NCBI RefSeq assembly: GCF_963921235.1
Contig: NC_086118.1
Span: 22,446,001 to 22,510,000 of the forward strand
Length of the DNA: 64,000 nt
Source of the DNA: Mobula hypostoma
Taxonomy: Eukaryota
Direction of reading: 5' to 3'
Translations under genes and position numbers: made by a program
In this document: piece by piece, positions 63,874-64,000 of the stretch
Position numbering within the stretch: the stretch's first letter is position 1
Layout: each line of letters starts with the position of its first letter
Notes under the pieces: model-generated
Told to the model about the DNA's origin: nothing
Databases searched by the model: none
The model's input: the letters and a program-made list of their open reading frames with translations, nothing else

Positions 63874-64000
63874 TGTCATATGGGGGGCGCTGGGTGCGGA
63901 CCCAAATGCAAGACACAGACATTGAAGTACCAGGAACAGGACTAGGTGTGTCAAGCAAGCAAGGGAAGTGGGAAAGGAACGACGCTGGACAAGACACAGG
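63874..64000. mobile_element. Probable LTR terminus running off the window
   Basis: Abrupt GC rise starting tgtcat; gcggacccaaatgca resembles fish Gypsy LTR ends as I recall them; other end not visible. Confidence 0.45.

Noticed and set aside
1..64000. Prokaryotic system (CRISPR, retron, DGR, defence island) suggested by the many RT ORFs
   Set aside because: Very low coding density, no operons or repeat-spacer array; every RT carries eukaryotic CR1, RTE, Rex1 or Penelope signatures.

Overview
Eukaryotic, AT-rich, transposon-dense non-coding DNA (intergenic or deep intronic). I found no host protein-coding exon, tRNA/rRNA gene, CRISPR array or prokaryotic operon. The repeat set (many CR1 LINEs, V-SINE/HE1-like and DeuSINE-like SINEs, Rex1/Babar, RTE, Penelope-like elements, Gypsy/solo LTRs, a Buster/Charlie hAT, Tc1-type MITEs) points by inference to a cartilaginous fish, probably a ray or shark. 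Every ORF I can recognise is a transposon fragment. Highlights: (1) a TSD-bounded Penelope-like element (35936-37586) with an inverted terminal repeat, each copy holding a minimal hammerhead ribozyme motif; (2) a 423-bp non-coding RTE-like insertion (15566-15988) whose 5' end can fold into an HDV-like pseudoknot starting at its first base; (3) a ~12-kb nested TE stack (34365-46130) with readable insertion junctions; (4) several solo LTRs and MITEs with TSDs; (5) two unexplained hairpins. Family names come from my recognition of motifs, not database searches. The highlights are mostly good examples or variants of known biology; I cannot claim a wholly new system.
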